DNA of 64,000 nucleotides. It comes from Longimicrobiales bacterium (lineage in GTDB: Bacteria > Gemmatimonadota > Gemmatimonadetes > Longimicrobiales > Gaopeijiaceae). Location of the stretch: NCBI GenBank assembly GCA_963664435.2, contig CAXXKM010000002.1, positions 64,001 through 128,000 of the forward strand, given 5' to 3'. Positions 9,878 through 21,385 of the stretch are shown piece after piece. A program made the translations under genes and the position numbers. How positions within the stretch are numbered: position 1 is the first letter of the stretch; every line of letters starts with the position of its first letter. The notes below the pieces were generated by a model. It was given only the letters and a program-made list of their open reading frames with translations. It made no database searches and had not been told where the DNA came from.

Positions 9878-11278
9878 ATGATGGGGTGCGGCCGACCCTG
9901 TCGGACCTCGTCGACAGGGACATCCCCCGTGGCGGCGGTCGCGCTGGCGGGGATGATCTGGGCCTTCGGGTGCGGGGACGGAGCGACCGAACCCACTCCC
10001 CCACCTCCTGACCCCCCGCGTCCGACTACGGCGACAGTCACGCCCGGCACCGCCCAGCTCACCGCCTTGGGCGCCTCGGTGCAATTCGCGGCACAGGTGC
10101 TCGACCAGAATGGGCAGGCCATGAGCGGGACCCCGGTGTCGTGGACGAGCAGCGACGCTTCGGTCGCGACGGTGGACGCTTCGGGCCTGGTGACGGCGGC
10201 GGGCAACGGGACGGCGACGATCACGGCCACCGCGGGGAGCGTGTCCGGGACGGCGACGGTGATTGTGGCCCAGGAGGTCGGATCGGTGACGGTGACGCCC
10301 GCCGCCGATACGCTGGTGGCGTTCGGAGACACGGCGCGGCTCTCCGCCGAGGCGTTCGACGCGAACGGCCACACGGTGGAGGGCGCGGAGCTCTCGTGGG
10401 CATCTGACGACGACGCGGTCGCGACGGTGGACCCTTCGGGCCTGGTGACGGCGGCGGGCAACGGGACGGCGACGATCACGGCCACCGCGGGGAGCGTGTC
10501 CGGGACGGCGACGGTGACGGTGGCCCAGGAGGTCGGATCGGTGACGGTGACGCCCGCCGCCGACACGCTGGTGGCGTTCGGAGACATGGCGCGGCTCTCC
10601 GCCGAGGCGTGCGACGCGAACGGCCACACGGTGGAGGGCGCGGAGCTCTCGTGGGCATCTGACGACGACGCGGTCGCGACGGTGGACCCTTCGGGCCTGG
10701 TGACGGCGGCGAGCAACGGAACGGCGACGATCACGGCCACTGCGGGGAGCGTGTCCGGGACGGCGACGGTGACGGTGGCCCAGAAGGTCGAATCGGTGAC
10801 GGTAACGCCCGCCGCCGACACGCTGGTGGCATTCGGCGGCACGGCGCGGCTCTCCGCCGAGGCGTTCGACGCGAACAGCCACACGGTGGAGGGCGCGGAG
10901 TTCTCGTGGACATCCAGCGACACGCGGGTCGCGACGGTGGACGCCTCGGGATTGGTAACCGCTGGTGACGCGGGTGAGGCGGTGGTGACGGCCACGTCGT
11001 CAGGGGTGAGCGGGCATGCGGATCTGGCCGTCGTGTCCCCGGCGCCGGACTTGGCGTTCATCGGCGTGTCGCCCGGCTCTGCCACGGTGGCGCCTGGCGA
11101 CGCGGTGACGTTCACATTCCAAATCCGCAACAACGGCACCGTTGCTTCCGGCGCAACCACGATCCGGGCGATGAGGTCGCCGAACCCCATCATAAGCACC
11201 CGGGACACCGAGCTCCGGTCCTACTCTCTATCGTCGCTGGCCGCATCCCGGGAACGCGCGAAGGAAAACGCGGGTTGA
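9878..11278 (+). CDS. Big_2 Ig-like repeat lipoprotein, probably C-terminally truncated
   Basis: Lipobox 'AFGC'; near-identical 255-nt repeats ('WASDDDAVATVDPSGLVTA'); partial CARDB-like domain at the end. Confidence 0.85.
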   Translation: MMGCGRPCRTSSTGTSPVAAVALAGMIWAFGCGDGATEPTPPPPDPPRPTTATVTPGTAQLTALGASVQFAAQVLDQNGQAMSGTPVSWTSSDASVATVDASGLVTAAGNGTATITATAGSVSGTATVIVAQEVGSVTVTPAADTLVAFGDTARLSAEAFDANGHTVEGAELSWASDDDAVATVDPSGLVTAAGNGTATITATAGSVSGTATVTVAQEVGSVTVTPAADTLVAFGDMARLSAEACDANGHTVEGAELSWASDDDAVATVDPSGLVTAASNGTATITATAGSVSGTATVTVAQKVESVTVTPAADTLVAFGGTARLSAEAFDANSHTVEGAEFSWTSSDTRVATVDASGLVTAGDAGEAVVTATSSGVSGHADLAVVSPAPDLAFIGVSPGSATVAPGDAVTFTFQIRNNGTVASGATTIRAMRSPNPIISTRDTELRSYSLSSLAASRERAKENAG

Positions 11279-11291
11279 GATTGGAGAGCGA

Positions 11292-14200
11292 ATGAGAAGC
11301 CAATGCAGCCTGAGCAGCCGAGCAGCCGGGGTTGCCCGGACACACGCACCAGGGCAGGCGGCCGCGCTGACGATTGCGCTCCTTGCAGCGTGCGGCGACG
11401 AGTCCGTGGTCGATCCCCAGGCGGCCCTCGTGCCCGCTTCCGAATCGAGCGCGTTGTCGGTGTCCACAACGAGCGACCGGGACATCCTGATCGCCCTCTA
11501 CGAGGCCACCGACGGGCCGAACTGGCTGAACTCCGACAACTGGCTGACGGACGCGCCCCTCGGGCAGTGGTATGGCGTGGACACGGACGCTTCAGGTCGC
11601 GTGACTACGTTGCGGCTGGCCGGCAAGTGGGATTTCGAGGAGAACCACTACGTAGACCATGGCCTTGCTGGTCCGATCCTGGCGGAACTGAGCGGCTTGG
11701 CCAGGCTCGAACATTTGGATCTGGGGGTCAATAAGCTGTCGGGTCCCATCCCGACGAACTCAGCCGATTGGCAAGCCTCCGAGAGCTGGATCTGGGGATC
11801 AACGAGCTTGTCGGGTCCATCCCGACGGAATTGGGCAGCCTGGCCAACCTCGAACGCCTGAATCTCGGCCGCAACGAACTGTCCGGTCCCATCCCGACGG
11901 AACTGAGTCGATTGGCTAACCTCGGAAGCCTGGATCTCGAGTATAACGCACTTTCTGGTCCGATCCCAGCCGAACTCAGTGGATTGGACAACCTCATATA
12001 CCTGCAATTGGGGGGCAACCATTTGTCGGGCCCCATCCCGGCGGAGCTGGGCGATCTGGTCAACCTCTCAACCCTGGATCTCAGCCAGAACGGGTTGTCG
12101 GGTCCCATCCCGGTGCAACTCGGCGGCTTGACCAACCTCGGGAGCCTGTATCTCAGCGAGAACGAGTTGTCGGGTCCCATTCCGACGGAGCTGGGCGGTC
12201 TGGCCAACCTCAGGTTCCTGTATCTCCGCTCGAACGATTTGTCCGGGACGGTGCCATTGAGCTTCAGGCAACTCTCGCGATTGACCTCGTTCGGATTCGA
12301 GGGGAACGCAGGCCTTTGCCTTCCGGCGGATCTGGTCGCGTGGTACGAGGCGCTTGAAAACCGGGATGGTCGGGTCTGCCCGGACCTGGAGGTGTTGCGG
12401 GCGCTGTATGAAGAGGTGGGCGGGGAAAGCTGGACGAACGCCGACGGGTGGCTTGGAGACGGCCCTCTCGGCGAATGGTACGGGGTAGATGTCGATTCGT
12501 CAGGCTTTGTGTCCGCCTTGGACCTTCAGGGCAACGGACTCTCGGGCAGCCTGCCCACACGACTGGGAGAGCTGGCGGGCTTGACGACGCTGCGGGTGGG
12601 AGACAACGCGCTGACGGGTCGTTTGCCGCTCTCTCTCTCGCAGACGCCGCTCCGGGAGTTGTATTACGCCGACACGCAGATGTGCTTCGCGACAGAAGCG
12701 TGGTTTCGGGAGTGGCTGGCCTCCGTTCCACAACACGAAGGCACGGGAGTACAGTGTCCCCCGCTGACCGACCGGGACATCCTCGTCGCGCTCTATGAGA
12801 CGACCGGCGGCCCGGACTGGGAGGACAGCGAGAACTGGCTTGCGGATGCGGCGCTCGGAGAATGGTCGGGAGTGAGCACGGATGCCGACGGGCGCGTCGT
12901 CGAGCTCGACCTTCGGTGGAACGAGCTGTCCGGACCCATTCCCGCGGCCCTGGGCGGGTTGACCGAGCTGCAAACACTGATCCTCTTCAACAATGAATTG
13001 ACGGGTTCGATTCCGTCAGCGTTGGGCGACCTGGCCAAGGTCCAACTCGTCGTCCTCGCAGGAAACCGGCTTTCAGGGCCGATCCCGGCAAGGTTGGGCG
13101 GGTTGGCCAGCTTGGAAGAGCTCTACCTCAACGGCAACGAGTTAACATCCGTCCCACCGGAATTGGGCAGACTTTCCAACCTTCGAGAACTGAGTCTCAA
13201 CTTCAACCGCCTGGCGTCCGTCCCCCGGGAGCTGGGCGAACTGGTCAACTTGCGCTACCTGGGGCTCTGGTCCAACGAACTGACATCCGTACCGCCGGAG
13301 TTGGGCAATCTGGCCAACCTGCGAGAGATGGATCTCGACGAGAACCGGCTGATATCCGTCCCGAGAGAATTGGCCCGGTTGGATAGCCTCGAGGTTCTGT
13401 GGCTTGCATCAAACGAGCTGACCTCCGTACCGCCGGAGTTGAGCGAATTGGGCAACCTGTGGCTTCTGAGTCTCTCGGGGAACCGGCTGACCGATTTACT
13501 GCTGGGACCCGACGGCTATGCCAACCTGGAGGTCCTGGATCTTTCGTCCAACGAGTTTGCATCCTTCCCCCGCGAGTTGGGCGGACTCGCCAACCTCACG
13601 CAACTGGAACTCGACGGGAACCGACTGACCGACGTTCCGCCAGGACTCGGCGCAGTCGCCGGTGCGCGCCGCCTTCTCGCATCCGACGACGAGTCGCCAT
13701 CCCCGCCCAGGAGATGGAGCGAATCGGGGAATCCCTGGAGGCTGGATATCAACGGAAGCCCGTTGACCGTTGTCTCTGCGAAACCGAACTCGTTGGGTAC
13801 CTTGCGGACCCATTTCGAACTCAACTGGAGCCGGTCGGCGGACGTGGGGTCGCGGGTCCGTGACTTTTCAAGCCTGGAGATCCTTGATCTTTCGTCCAAC
13901 GCCCTGAGCGGCTCGCTCCCGGCGGGGTTGGTCGAGTTCACCGGCCTGACGAGCTTGAGTGTCGCCGGCAACGCCGGGCTGTCCGGTGCTCTGCCGTTCG
14001 ATCTGACGGCGCTGGAGCATCTTGAGGATCTGCACACGACGGGGACGGAACTATGCGCGCCTGCGGATCCCGAGTTCGTCGATTGGCTCGAGGGCGTGAC
14101 GCGGCAACGGGTGGCGCTTTGTGATCGCGGCGACGCGGCCGCCTATCTCACCCAGGCCGTGCAGTCACGCGAGTTCCCGGTGCCGCTGGTCGCGGGCGAG

Positions 14201-15625
14201 CCGGCGCTGCTGCGGGTATTCGTCACGGCGGCTGGGGCAACCAACATCGCAATGCCGCCCGTCCGAGCCACCTTCTACCGCGAAGGGGCCGTGACGCACC
14301 AGGCAGATATTCCGGCGAAGCCCGGCCCGATCCCGACGTCGATCTCCGAGGGCTCGCTGTCGAAGTCCGTCAACGTGGAGATCCCCGGGTGGGTCATTCA
14401 ACCGGGGTTGGAGGTCGTGATCGAACCGGACCCCGAGGGGACGCTGGACCCCGCACTGGGCGTAGCCAGGCGCATCCCCGCGACGGGCCGGATGGCGGTC
14501 GACGTACGGGCGATGCCGGTGTTCGAGGTGACGCTCCTCCCCTTCATCTGGGAGGAGAATCCGGATTCCTCCATAGTGGAGATCACCGCGGCCATGGCTG
14601 CGGACCCGGAAGGGCACGAACTGTTGGAACGGACACAACTGCTGCTGCCGGTTGCGGAGCTGGACGTGACGGCGCACCCGGCCGTCGCTTCGCCGACAAA
14701 CGACGGCTTCGAAATCCTGGGGCTCACGGAGATGATCCGGGTCGCCGAGGGAGGAAGCGGCCATTACCTGGGAGTCATGGCCGGACCCACGGGACCGGGC
14801 GGTCTCCTCGGCGTCGCCAATGGCATCGGAAGCTGGTCGAGTTTCTCGGTCCTCGATTCCGAAACCATCGCGCACGAATTCGGCCACAATCGCAACCTGT
14901 ACCACGCGCCTTGCGGCGGAGCCGGCGGACCGGACCGGTACTATCCCTACGGCCGGGGCAGGATCGGCGCCTGGGGCTACGACTTCCGAACCGGCGAATT
15001 GGTACCGCCCGGTCGCCCGGACTACATGTCCTATTGCGAACCCACGTGGACCAGCGACTACCAGTTCACGAACGCGTTTCGGTACCGCCTGGAGACGGAG
15101 ACGGAGTCCATCGTCGTCGTCGCTGCCGATACCCGTGGCGTGGCTTCCCCCAGCCGGACCCTCCTCGTTTGGGGCGGCCTGGAAGGCGACGGCACCCCGT
15201 ACCTCAGGCCGGCTTTCTACATCGACGCCCCGCCGAAGCGGCCATCGTCCGATGGCGCCTGGTCGCTCACGGGGCGGGATGCCGGCGCCGCCGCGCTCTT
15301 CTCGGTTTCCTTCGCCATGGCGGAGTTCACCGACACGGAGGACGACCACGCAGGATTCTCCTTCGCCCTGCCAGTGACGTGGACTGGCGAGCTGGCGAGC
15401 ATGACGCTGCAAGGTCCGGGAGGCTCGGTGAGCTTCGACCGTGACAGTGAGGACCCCGTCACCATCCTGCGCGACGCAGCGACAGGCCACATACGCGGCG
15501 TCCTCGATGGTTCTCCGGAAGCGGCGGTCCCCGCTCGTGTCCTGGGGGTCGCGGCGGACGCCGGCCGGGAGTTCGAGGTCCTCTTCAGCCGCGGTATTCC
15601 GAGGGCGGAGGACGAACGGCGCTGA
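11292..15625 (+). CDS. Leucine-rich-repeat lipoprotein with C-terminal zinc metalloprotease (M66-like); frameshift near 11756
   Basis: Lipobox 'LAAC'; 24-aa 'LSGPIPxELGxL' and 23-aa 'LTSVPPELG' LRRs; 'HEFGHNRNLYHAPC' motif. CCGACGAAC at 11751 lacks one G relative to CCGACGGAA in sister repeats. Confidence 0.85.
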
Positions 15626-15677
15626 GTTGCGCCCGGAAACGCGCTTGTGCCATCGGGTTGTTCGGCGGTAGTCCTCC

Positions 15678-16826
15678 ATGGCCATGGCGATCGAGACAAA
15701 ACCGCAGCGCCCCAGGGCAACTTCGCAGTTTGCGCTCCCGGCCGCCCCCCGGGCCATCCTTGTCGTGCGCCTCACCGCGCGCGGCGACGTGCTGCTGGCG
15801 TCGCCCGTGGTCGAGGCGCTCCGGCGCCGCTATCCGGAGGCGCACCTCGCCTGGGCTGTGGAGTCGCATGCCCGCAGCATGATCGAACATCACGAGGGTC
15901 TCGACGAGATCATCGTGTGGGACCGCGCCGCGTGGAAGGACATGATCCGGGCCGGACGCTGGCGGGCGCTCCGGCGTGCGTTTCGGGAACTCCGCGGGCG
16001 GTTGCGCGCACCCCGATTCGACGTCGCCCTCGATCTGCAGGGGCTCCTGCGCAGCGGTTGGGTGGCGTGGCTCTCGGGCGCCCCGATGCGCATTGGCCTC
16101 GGCTCCAGGGAGGGCAGCCGGCTGCTGATGACCGGTATCGTGCCCCGCCACGGCGCCGCCCCCGGAAGCACCAGCCTGCAGTACCCGTACTTCGCGGACG
16201 CACTCGGGCTCCCGAGCGAGGGGTTGTCGCTGCGCCTGGCGCTGAGCGACGAGGAAGAGGACTTCGCGCCGCGCTTCACCGCCGAACATGGTCTGGAGCG
16301 GGGCTACGCGGCGCTCGCTCCCTTCACCACCCGGCCCCAGAAGCACTGGTTCGAGGAACGCTGGGCCGCGCTCGCGGTGCGCATCCGCGCGGACCTGGGC
16401 CTGCCGGTGGTCATCCTGGGAGGACCGGCGGACCGCGGGGCGGCCGGACGCATCGCGGCCCTTGCCCGAGAGGGGGCGGGAGACCGGCTCGCGACCGCTG
16501 AGCCGCTTCTCGGGCTCGTCGACCTGACCGGCCGAACCCGGCTCGGCGAGGCGGCGGCCGTGGTGAAGCACGCCGGGCTCTTTGTGGGGGTGGACACCTG
16601 TCTGTCGCACGTCTCGGTCGCGTTCCGCCGACCCTCCGTGCTCGTCTTCGGATCGAACATCCCCTATCGCGCAGCGCCCCACGCGCGGGCCCGCATCGCC
16701 CTTGAGCTCCAGCCCTGCGCGCCCTGCGGCAACCGGCCCACCTGCAACGGCGCCTTCTGGTGCATGAAGGCGCTCGAAGTGGACACGGTGTTCGACCTGG
16801 CGAAAACGGTGGTCCGGGAGGGCTGA
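15678..16826 (+). CDS. Glycosyltransferase family 9 (LPS heptosyltransferase-like)
   Basis: 'RLTARGDVLLASP', 'DLQGLLRS', 'DLTGRTRL' and 'VGVDT..SH' motifs. Confidence 0.9.
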   Translation: MAMAIETKPQRPRATSQFALPAAPRAILVVRLTARGDVLLASPVVEALRRRYPEAHLAWAVESHARSMIEHHEGLDEIIVWDRAAWKDMIRAGRWRALRRAFRELRGRLRAPRFDVALDLQGLLRSGWVAWLSGAPMRIGLGSREGSRLLMTGIVPRHGAAPGSTSLQYPYFADALGLPSEGLSLRLALSDEEEDFAPRFTAEHGLERGYAALAPFTTRPQKHWFEERWAALAVRIRADLGLPVVILGGPADRGAAGRIAALAREGAGDRLATAEPLLGLVDLTGRTRLGEAAAVVKHAGLFVGVDTCLSHVSVAFRRPSVLVFGSNIPYRAAPHARARIALELQPCAPCGNRPTCNGAFWCMKALEVDTVFDLAKTVVREG

Positions 16827-17003
16827 TCCACCGCTCCGGCGGCGCCCGCTGATCGCGCGCGGCCCGAGCGTCGCGCGCCATCGACATCCGCGAAGCCACC
16901 CCTGCGGAAACCCTTTCGCGCGGGGCGCGGTCCAGCGTCTATTGGGGTATCCCGGGGCGTCGCCCCGACGCCCTTCCCCGCCGACCTCAGCTACGAGCCG
17001 CCC

Positions 17004-20000
17004 TTGTCATTCGTCCATCTCCACTGCCATTCGGAGTTTTCGCTCCTCGACGGCGCCAACCGTCTCACCGATCTCGTCCACAAGGCGAAGGAGTTCGAGA
17101 TGCCGGCGCTGGCCCTCACCGACCACGGCTGCCTTTTCGGGGCCTGGACCTTCCGCAAGGCGGCGGAGAAGGAGGGCATCCGGCCCATCATCGGCATGGA
17201 GGCGTACGTGGCCCCCGGCGACCGGCGCCACAAGGAGCCGATGCGCGTGGGCGGGCGCGAGATCAAGAAGCCGTACTACCACCTCGTGCTGCTCGCCCGC
17301 GACCGCGAGGGGTACCAGAACCTGATCAAGCTCTCCTCCATCGGGTATCTGGAGGGCTTCTACTACAAGCCGCGCATCGACCGCGAGGTGATCGAGCGCC
17401 ATTCGGCGGGGCTGATCTGCACCTCCGCGTGCATGGCGGGGGAAGTGGCGCGCCGGCTGGCCGAGGACGAATGGGAGGCCGCGCGCGAGGCGGCGGAGTG
17501 GCACGCCAACGTCTTCGGGGAGCGGTACTACCTGGAGGTCCAGGGGCATGATACCCCCGGTCAGGACGCGGTGAACGAGAAGGTGTTCCGGCTCGCGGGG
17601 GAGACCGGCCTGCCCGTGGTGGCCACCAACGATTCCCACTTCCTGCGCGCGGAGGACCACAACGCGCACGACGTCCTCCTCTGCATCGGGCTCGGCAAGG
17701 ACCACGGCGACGAGAACCGCATGCGCTACGACGAGGGGCTCTACTTCAAGTCGGGCCCCGAAATGGCGGAGCGTTTCCCGGACCATCCCGAAGTGCTGGA
17801 GAACACGCTGGCGGTCGCGGACCAGGTCGACGTCTCCTTCGAGAAGAAGTACTTCCTGCCCGAGTTTCCCATCCCCGAGAACCATGCGGACAGTGACGAC
17901 TACCTCAGGCACCTGAGCATCAAGGGGGCGAAGGAGCGCTTCGGCGATGCGCTTTCGGACGAGGTGCGCGCGCGGCTGGACTATGAACTCGGGGTCATCG
18001 CCGAAACCGGCTATGCGGGATATTTCCTCATCACCTGGGACTTCATGCGCTGGGCCCGGGAACATGGCATTCCGGTCGGACCCGGACGGGGCTCCGCCGC
18101 CGGGTCGCTGGTGGCATATTCGCTCCGGATCACCAATATCGACCCCATTCAGTTCGGACTCCTCTTCGAGCGCTTCCTGAATCCCGAGCGCAGGGAGATG
18201 CCGGATATCGACATCGACTTCTGCTTCGAGCGCAGGGGCGAGGTGATCGACTATGTGCGCCGCAAATACGGCCGCGACGCCGTGGGGCAGATCATCACCT
18301 TCGGCACCATGAAGTCGCGCGCGGTGGTGCGGGATGTGGGCCGGACCCTCGGCTTCAAGCCCAGCGAGACCGACCGCATCGCGAAGATGATCCCCAACCA
18401 GCCGGGGCAGGCGCTGACCATCGGACAGGCGCTGGAGAAGATCTCCGACGTGAGGGAGCTCTACCAGGCCGACGAGCGCTACCGGAAGCTCTTCGACTAT
18501 TCGCGTACGCTGGAGGGACTGAGCCGGCACGCGTCGGTGCACGCCGCCGGAGTGGTGATCGCGCCCGGGCCGCTCTCCGACTATGTGCCCGTGTGCGTCC
18601 AGTCGCGGGGCAGCGGGGTGCGCGGGAATGGCGCCGCCCAGGCTTCCGCGGGACAGGCGGCGTCACGGGACGGTCCGGCGGACGACGTGGATGTGGTCAC
18701 GCAGTACGACATGAACTGCGTGGACGACGCCGGCATGCTCAAGATGGACTTTCTGGGGCTGCGCACCCTCACCATCATCCACGACGCCGTCGAACTGGTG
18801 AAGCGGAAATACGGGGCGCTGCGCCATCCGGAAACGGGCGCCGCTTATCCGACCATGGACGACGTTCCGCTGGACGACCCGGGCGTCTACGAGATGCTCG
18901 CGCAGGGGGGCACGTCCGGCGTCTTCCAGTTCGAGTCCGCGCTGGCGACGGGGAAGCTGCGGGCGATGCGCTGCGACCGCTTCGAGGACCTGGTCGCCAC
19001 CAACGCCCTCATCCGGCCCGGTCCCCTCGACTCGGGAATGACCGACGTCTATATCAGGCGCAAGCTGGGACAGGAGCCGGTCACCTATCCGCATCCCGAG
19101 CTGAAGGAGCTGCTCGAGCCCACCTACGGCATCATCGTCTATCAGGAGCAGGTGATGCGCATCGTGAATATTCTCGCGGGATATTCGCTGGGCGAAGCCG
19201 ACGTGGTGCGCAAGGCGGTGGGCAAGAAGATCCCCGAGTTGATTCGCGCCGAACTCGCGACCTTCCGGGAGCGCGCCACGGGCAAGGGTGTGGACCCGCA
19301 GATCGCCACGGAGCTCGCCAACCAGATCGAGACCTTCGGGCGCTACGGCTTCAATCGCGCGCACAGCGCCGGATACTCGCTCCTGTCGTATCACACCGCC
19401 TGGCTCAAGTGCCACTATCCCGCCGAGTTCATGGCGGCGCTGCTCTCGTCGGTGCTGTCGAATACGGACCAGGTGGTGAAGTACATCCTCGAGAGCCGGG
19501 AGCTGCACCGCTCCATTCCGGGCCTCGAGGAGCCGCTGGAGCTGCTTCCGCCGGACGTGAACGAGTCGGGGTGGAAGTTCACGGTCACCGGGGGCGCCCA
19601 GATTCGTTTCGGGCTCGGGGCCGTGCGCGGGGTGGGCGCGGCCGCGGTCGAGTCGGTGCTGGAGGCGCGGGCGGAAGGCGGACGTTTTGAGACGCTGTTC
19701 GATTTTCTGGATCGCATCGACACGCGCGCGCTCAACAAGCGGGCGTGCGAGGCGCTGATCGCGGCGGGGGCGCTCGACGCCTTCGGACACCGCGCCCAGC
19801 TGGTGGCCGGGTTGGATATCGCCTATGCGGACGTCAACGCCCGCCAGGCGGATCGGGAGGCGGGTCAGGAATCGCTCTTCGGAGGGCTGGAGGAGGTCGA
19901 CGATCCGGCGCCGGAGCTTCCCGCGGTTCCCGAATGGCCGGAACGCAAGCGGCTGGCGCAGGAGAAGGAGGCGCTGGGGTTCTTCATCTCCGGCCATCCG

Positions 20001-20591
20001 CTGGACCGATTCAGCGACGCCGTGCACGTCTTCCGGGGGGTCAACACCTCCACGCTGGGCAGGCACGCCAACGCGTCCGTCGAGATCCCGTGCGTCGTGA
20101 CCCAGGTGCAGCGGCAGATCTCGCGCAGGGACAGCTCGGAGTGGGGACGGATCACCATCGAGGACTTCCACGGGACCGCGCAGGTGCTCGCCTTCCGCGA
20201 CGCCTGGGCGGCCGGCAAGGAGCCCTTGCAGCAGGATGCGGTGGTACTGATCCGGGGCAAGGTCTCGGGAAGGGAGCGCGACGAGGAGGATCCGCCGATC
20301 TTCCTCGACGAGGTGGAGCTGCTGGACGACGTGCTTACGTCGGGGCGGCTGGCGCTGCGCATCGCGCTGGATCGGGGGGCCGAAGTCCCCGAAGGCGCCC
20401 TGGCCCGGGCAAAAGAAGTGCTCGCGGGGCATCCGGGAGATGCCGGCGTGGAGGTGCTGTGGCGGTCGGGCAACGGCGAACGCGACCGGCGCTTGCGTTC
20501 GAGGACGCTCAAGGTGGACCCCGAGGCCGGGACCTTGCGGGAGCTGCGCGAGGTGCTGGGGCAGGCGCGGGTGGAGCTGGTTCGAGCGTAG
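17004..20591 (+). CDS. dnaE: DNA polymerase III alpha subunit
   Basis: PHP 'HLHCHSEFSLLDG', 'GRGSAAGS', 'PDIDIDF', 'KMDFLGL' and 'YGFNRAHS'. Confidence 0.98.
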   Translation: MSFVHLHCHSEFSLLDGANRLTDLVHKAKEFEMPALALTDHGCLFGAWTFRKAAEKEGIRPIIGMEAYVAPGDRRHKEPMRVGGREIKKPYYHLVLLARDREGYQNLIKLSSIGYLEGFYYKPRIDREVIERHSAGLICTSACMAGEVARRLAEDEWEAAREAAEWHANVFGERYYLEVQGHDTPGQDAVNEKVFRLAGETGLPVVATNDSHFLRAEDHNAHDVLLCIGLGKDHGDENRMRYDEGLYFKSGPEMAERFPDHPEVLENTLAVADQVDVSFEKKYFLPEFPIPENHADSDDYLRHLSIKGAKERFGDALSDEVRARLDYELGVIAETGYAGYFLITWDFMRWAREHGIPVGPGRGSAAGSLVAYSLRITNIDPIQFGLLFERFLNPERREMPDIDIDFCFERRGEVIDYVRRKYGRDAVGQIITFGTMKSRAVVRDVGRTLGFKPSETDRIAKMIPNQPGQALTIGQALEKISDVRELYQADERYRKLFDYSRTLEGLSRHASVHAAGVVIAPGPLSDYVPVCVQSRGSGVRGNGAAQASAGQAASRDGPADDVDVVTQYDMNCVDDAGMLKMDFLGLRTLTIIHDAVELVKRKYGALRHPETGAAYPTMDDVPLDDPGVYEMLAQGGTSGVFQFESALATGKLRAMRCDRFEDLVATNALIRPGPLDSGMTDVYIRRKLGQEPVTYPHPELKELLEPTYGIIVYQEQVMRIVNILAGYSLGEADVVRKAVGKKIPELIRAELATFRERATGKGVDPQIATELANQIETFGRYGFNRAHSAGYSLLSYHTAWLKCHYPAEFMAALLSSVLSNTDQVVKYILESRELHRSIPGLEEPLELLPPDVNESGWKFTVTGGAQIRFGLGAVRGVGAAAVESVLEARAEGGRFETLFDFLDRIDTRALNKRACEALIAAGALDAFGHRAQLVAGLDIAYADVNARQADREAGQESLFGGLEEVDDPAPELPAVPEWPERKRLAQEKEALGFFISGHPLDRFSDAVHVFRGVNTSTLGRHANASVEIPCVVTQVQRQISRRDSSEWGRITIEDFHGTAQVLAFRDAWAAGKEPLQQDAVVLIRGKVSGRERDEEDPPIFLDEVELLDDVLTSGRLALRIALDRGAEVPEGALARAKEVLAGHPGDAGVEVLWRSGNGERDRRLRSRTLKVDPEAGTLRELREVLGQARVELVRA

Positions 20592-20598
20592 GACTGGT

Positions 20599-20646
20599 TC
20601 GGGCCGCGGGACAGGCTTGGGCTCGGGCCGCGGGACAGGCTTGGGC
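20599..20646 (+). repeat. Exact 24-nt tandem duplication after dnaE
   Basis: TCGGGCCGCGGGACAGGCTTGGGC twice (20599, 20623). Confidence 0.95.
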
Positions 20647-20742
20647 TTGGGGCTGGTGCGGCAACAGAGACTGGTGCGGATGGCACTGACATTTTATGGT
20701 GTCTACTGGTGATTTGCTGGTGACAGGGGACAGCTGCTTCAG

Positions 20743-21279
20743 GTGAGACCGGACGGTTTGCGTCGGATTTCGGGGCGGCTCGGGCTGCTCCTCGTCCTGC
20801 TGGGGGCGACGGGATGTTTCCGTGTGAACACGCCGCGCGCCGCGCGGGTCGCTCTGCCTGCGGACGCGGAGCCGCGGCAGGAGTACAAGTCGCGTCTGGG
20901 CAATCCCGCGTTCTACGACGAGTTCGGCGTTCGATACCGCGTGCTGCAGACCAGCAGGGACTTCGTGCAGCGCGGGATCGCTTCCTGGTACGGCCACCCC
21001 TTCCACGGCCGGGCAACCTCCACGGGCGAGCCCTACGACATGTACGCCATGACGGCGGCGCACAAGACGCTCCCCCTGCCCACCTACGTGCGGGTCACCG
21101 ACCTCGACACGGGCAACCGGGTGGTGGTGCGGGTGAACGACCGCGGGCCGTTCGTGGAGGGCCGCGTAATCGACCTCTCCTACATCGCGGCGGTGAAGCT
21201 TGGCATCGCCGACAAGGGGACGGCGCGGGTGGAGGTGCGCGCGCTCGACCCGCCCGCGGTGGATCCGCCGCGGATGTGA
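20743..21279 (+). CDS. rlpA: Septal ring lytic transglycosylase RlpA family lipoprotein
   Basis: Lipobox 'ATGC'; 'GIASWYG', 'TAAHKTLP' and 'VNDRGPF...IDLS'. Confidence 0.93.
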   Translation: MRPDGLRRISGRLGLLLVLLGATGCFRVNTPRAARVALPADAEPRQEYKSRLGNPAFYDEFGVRYRVLQTSRDFVQRGIASWYGHPFHGRATSTGEPYDMYAMTAAHKTLPLPTYVRVTDLDTGNRVVVRVNDRGPFVEGRVIDLSYIAAVKLGIADKGTARVEVRALDPPAVDPPRM

Positions 21280-21385
21280 GGGTAGCAGTCCGTGGATGAA
21301 GCTCACCGAGGGCACGTGGCACGTGGGTCGTGGACGACGAGGGCAAGCCGCGCGCACAACGGGAGCGGCGACGCGTCGCGCCGTG

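Noticed and set aside
10140..10960. DGR template/variable repeats
   Set aside because: In-frame Ig domain repeats, no adenine-specific variation, no reverse transcriptase.
17004..20591. Intein in DnaE
   Set aside because: Normal length; inserts are short with no splicing motifs.
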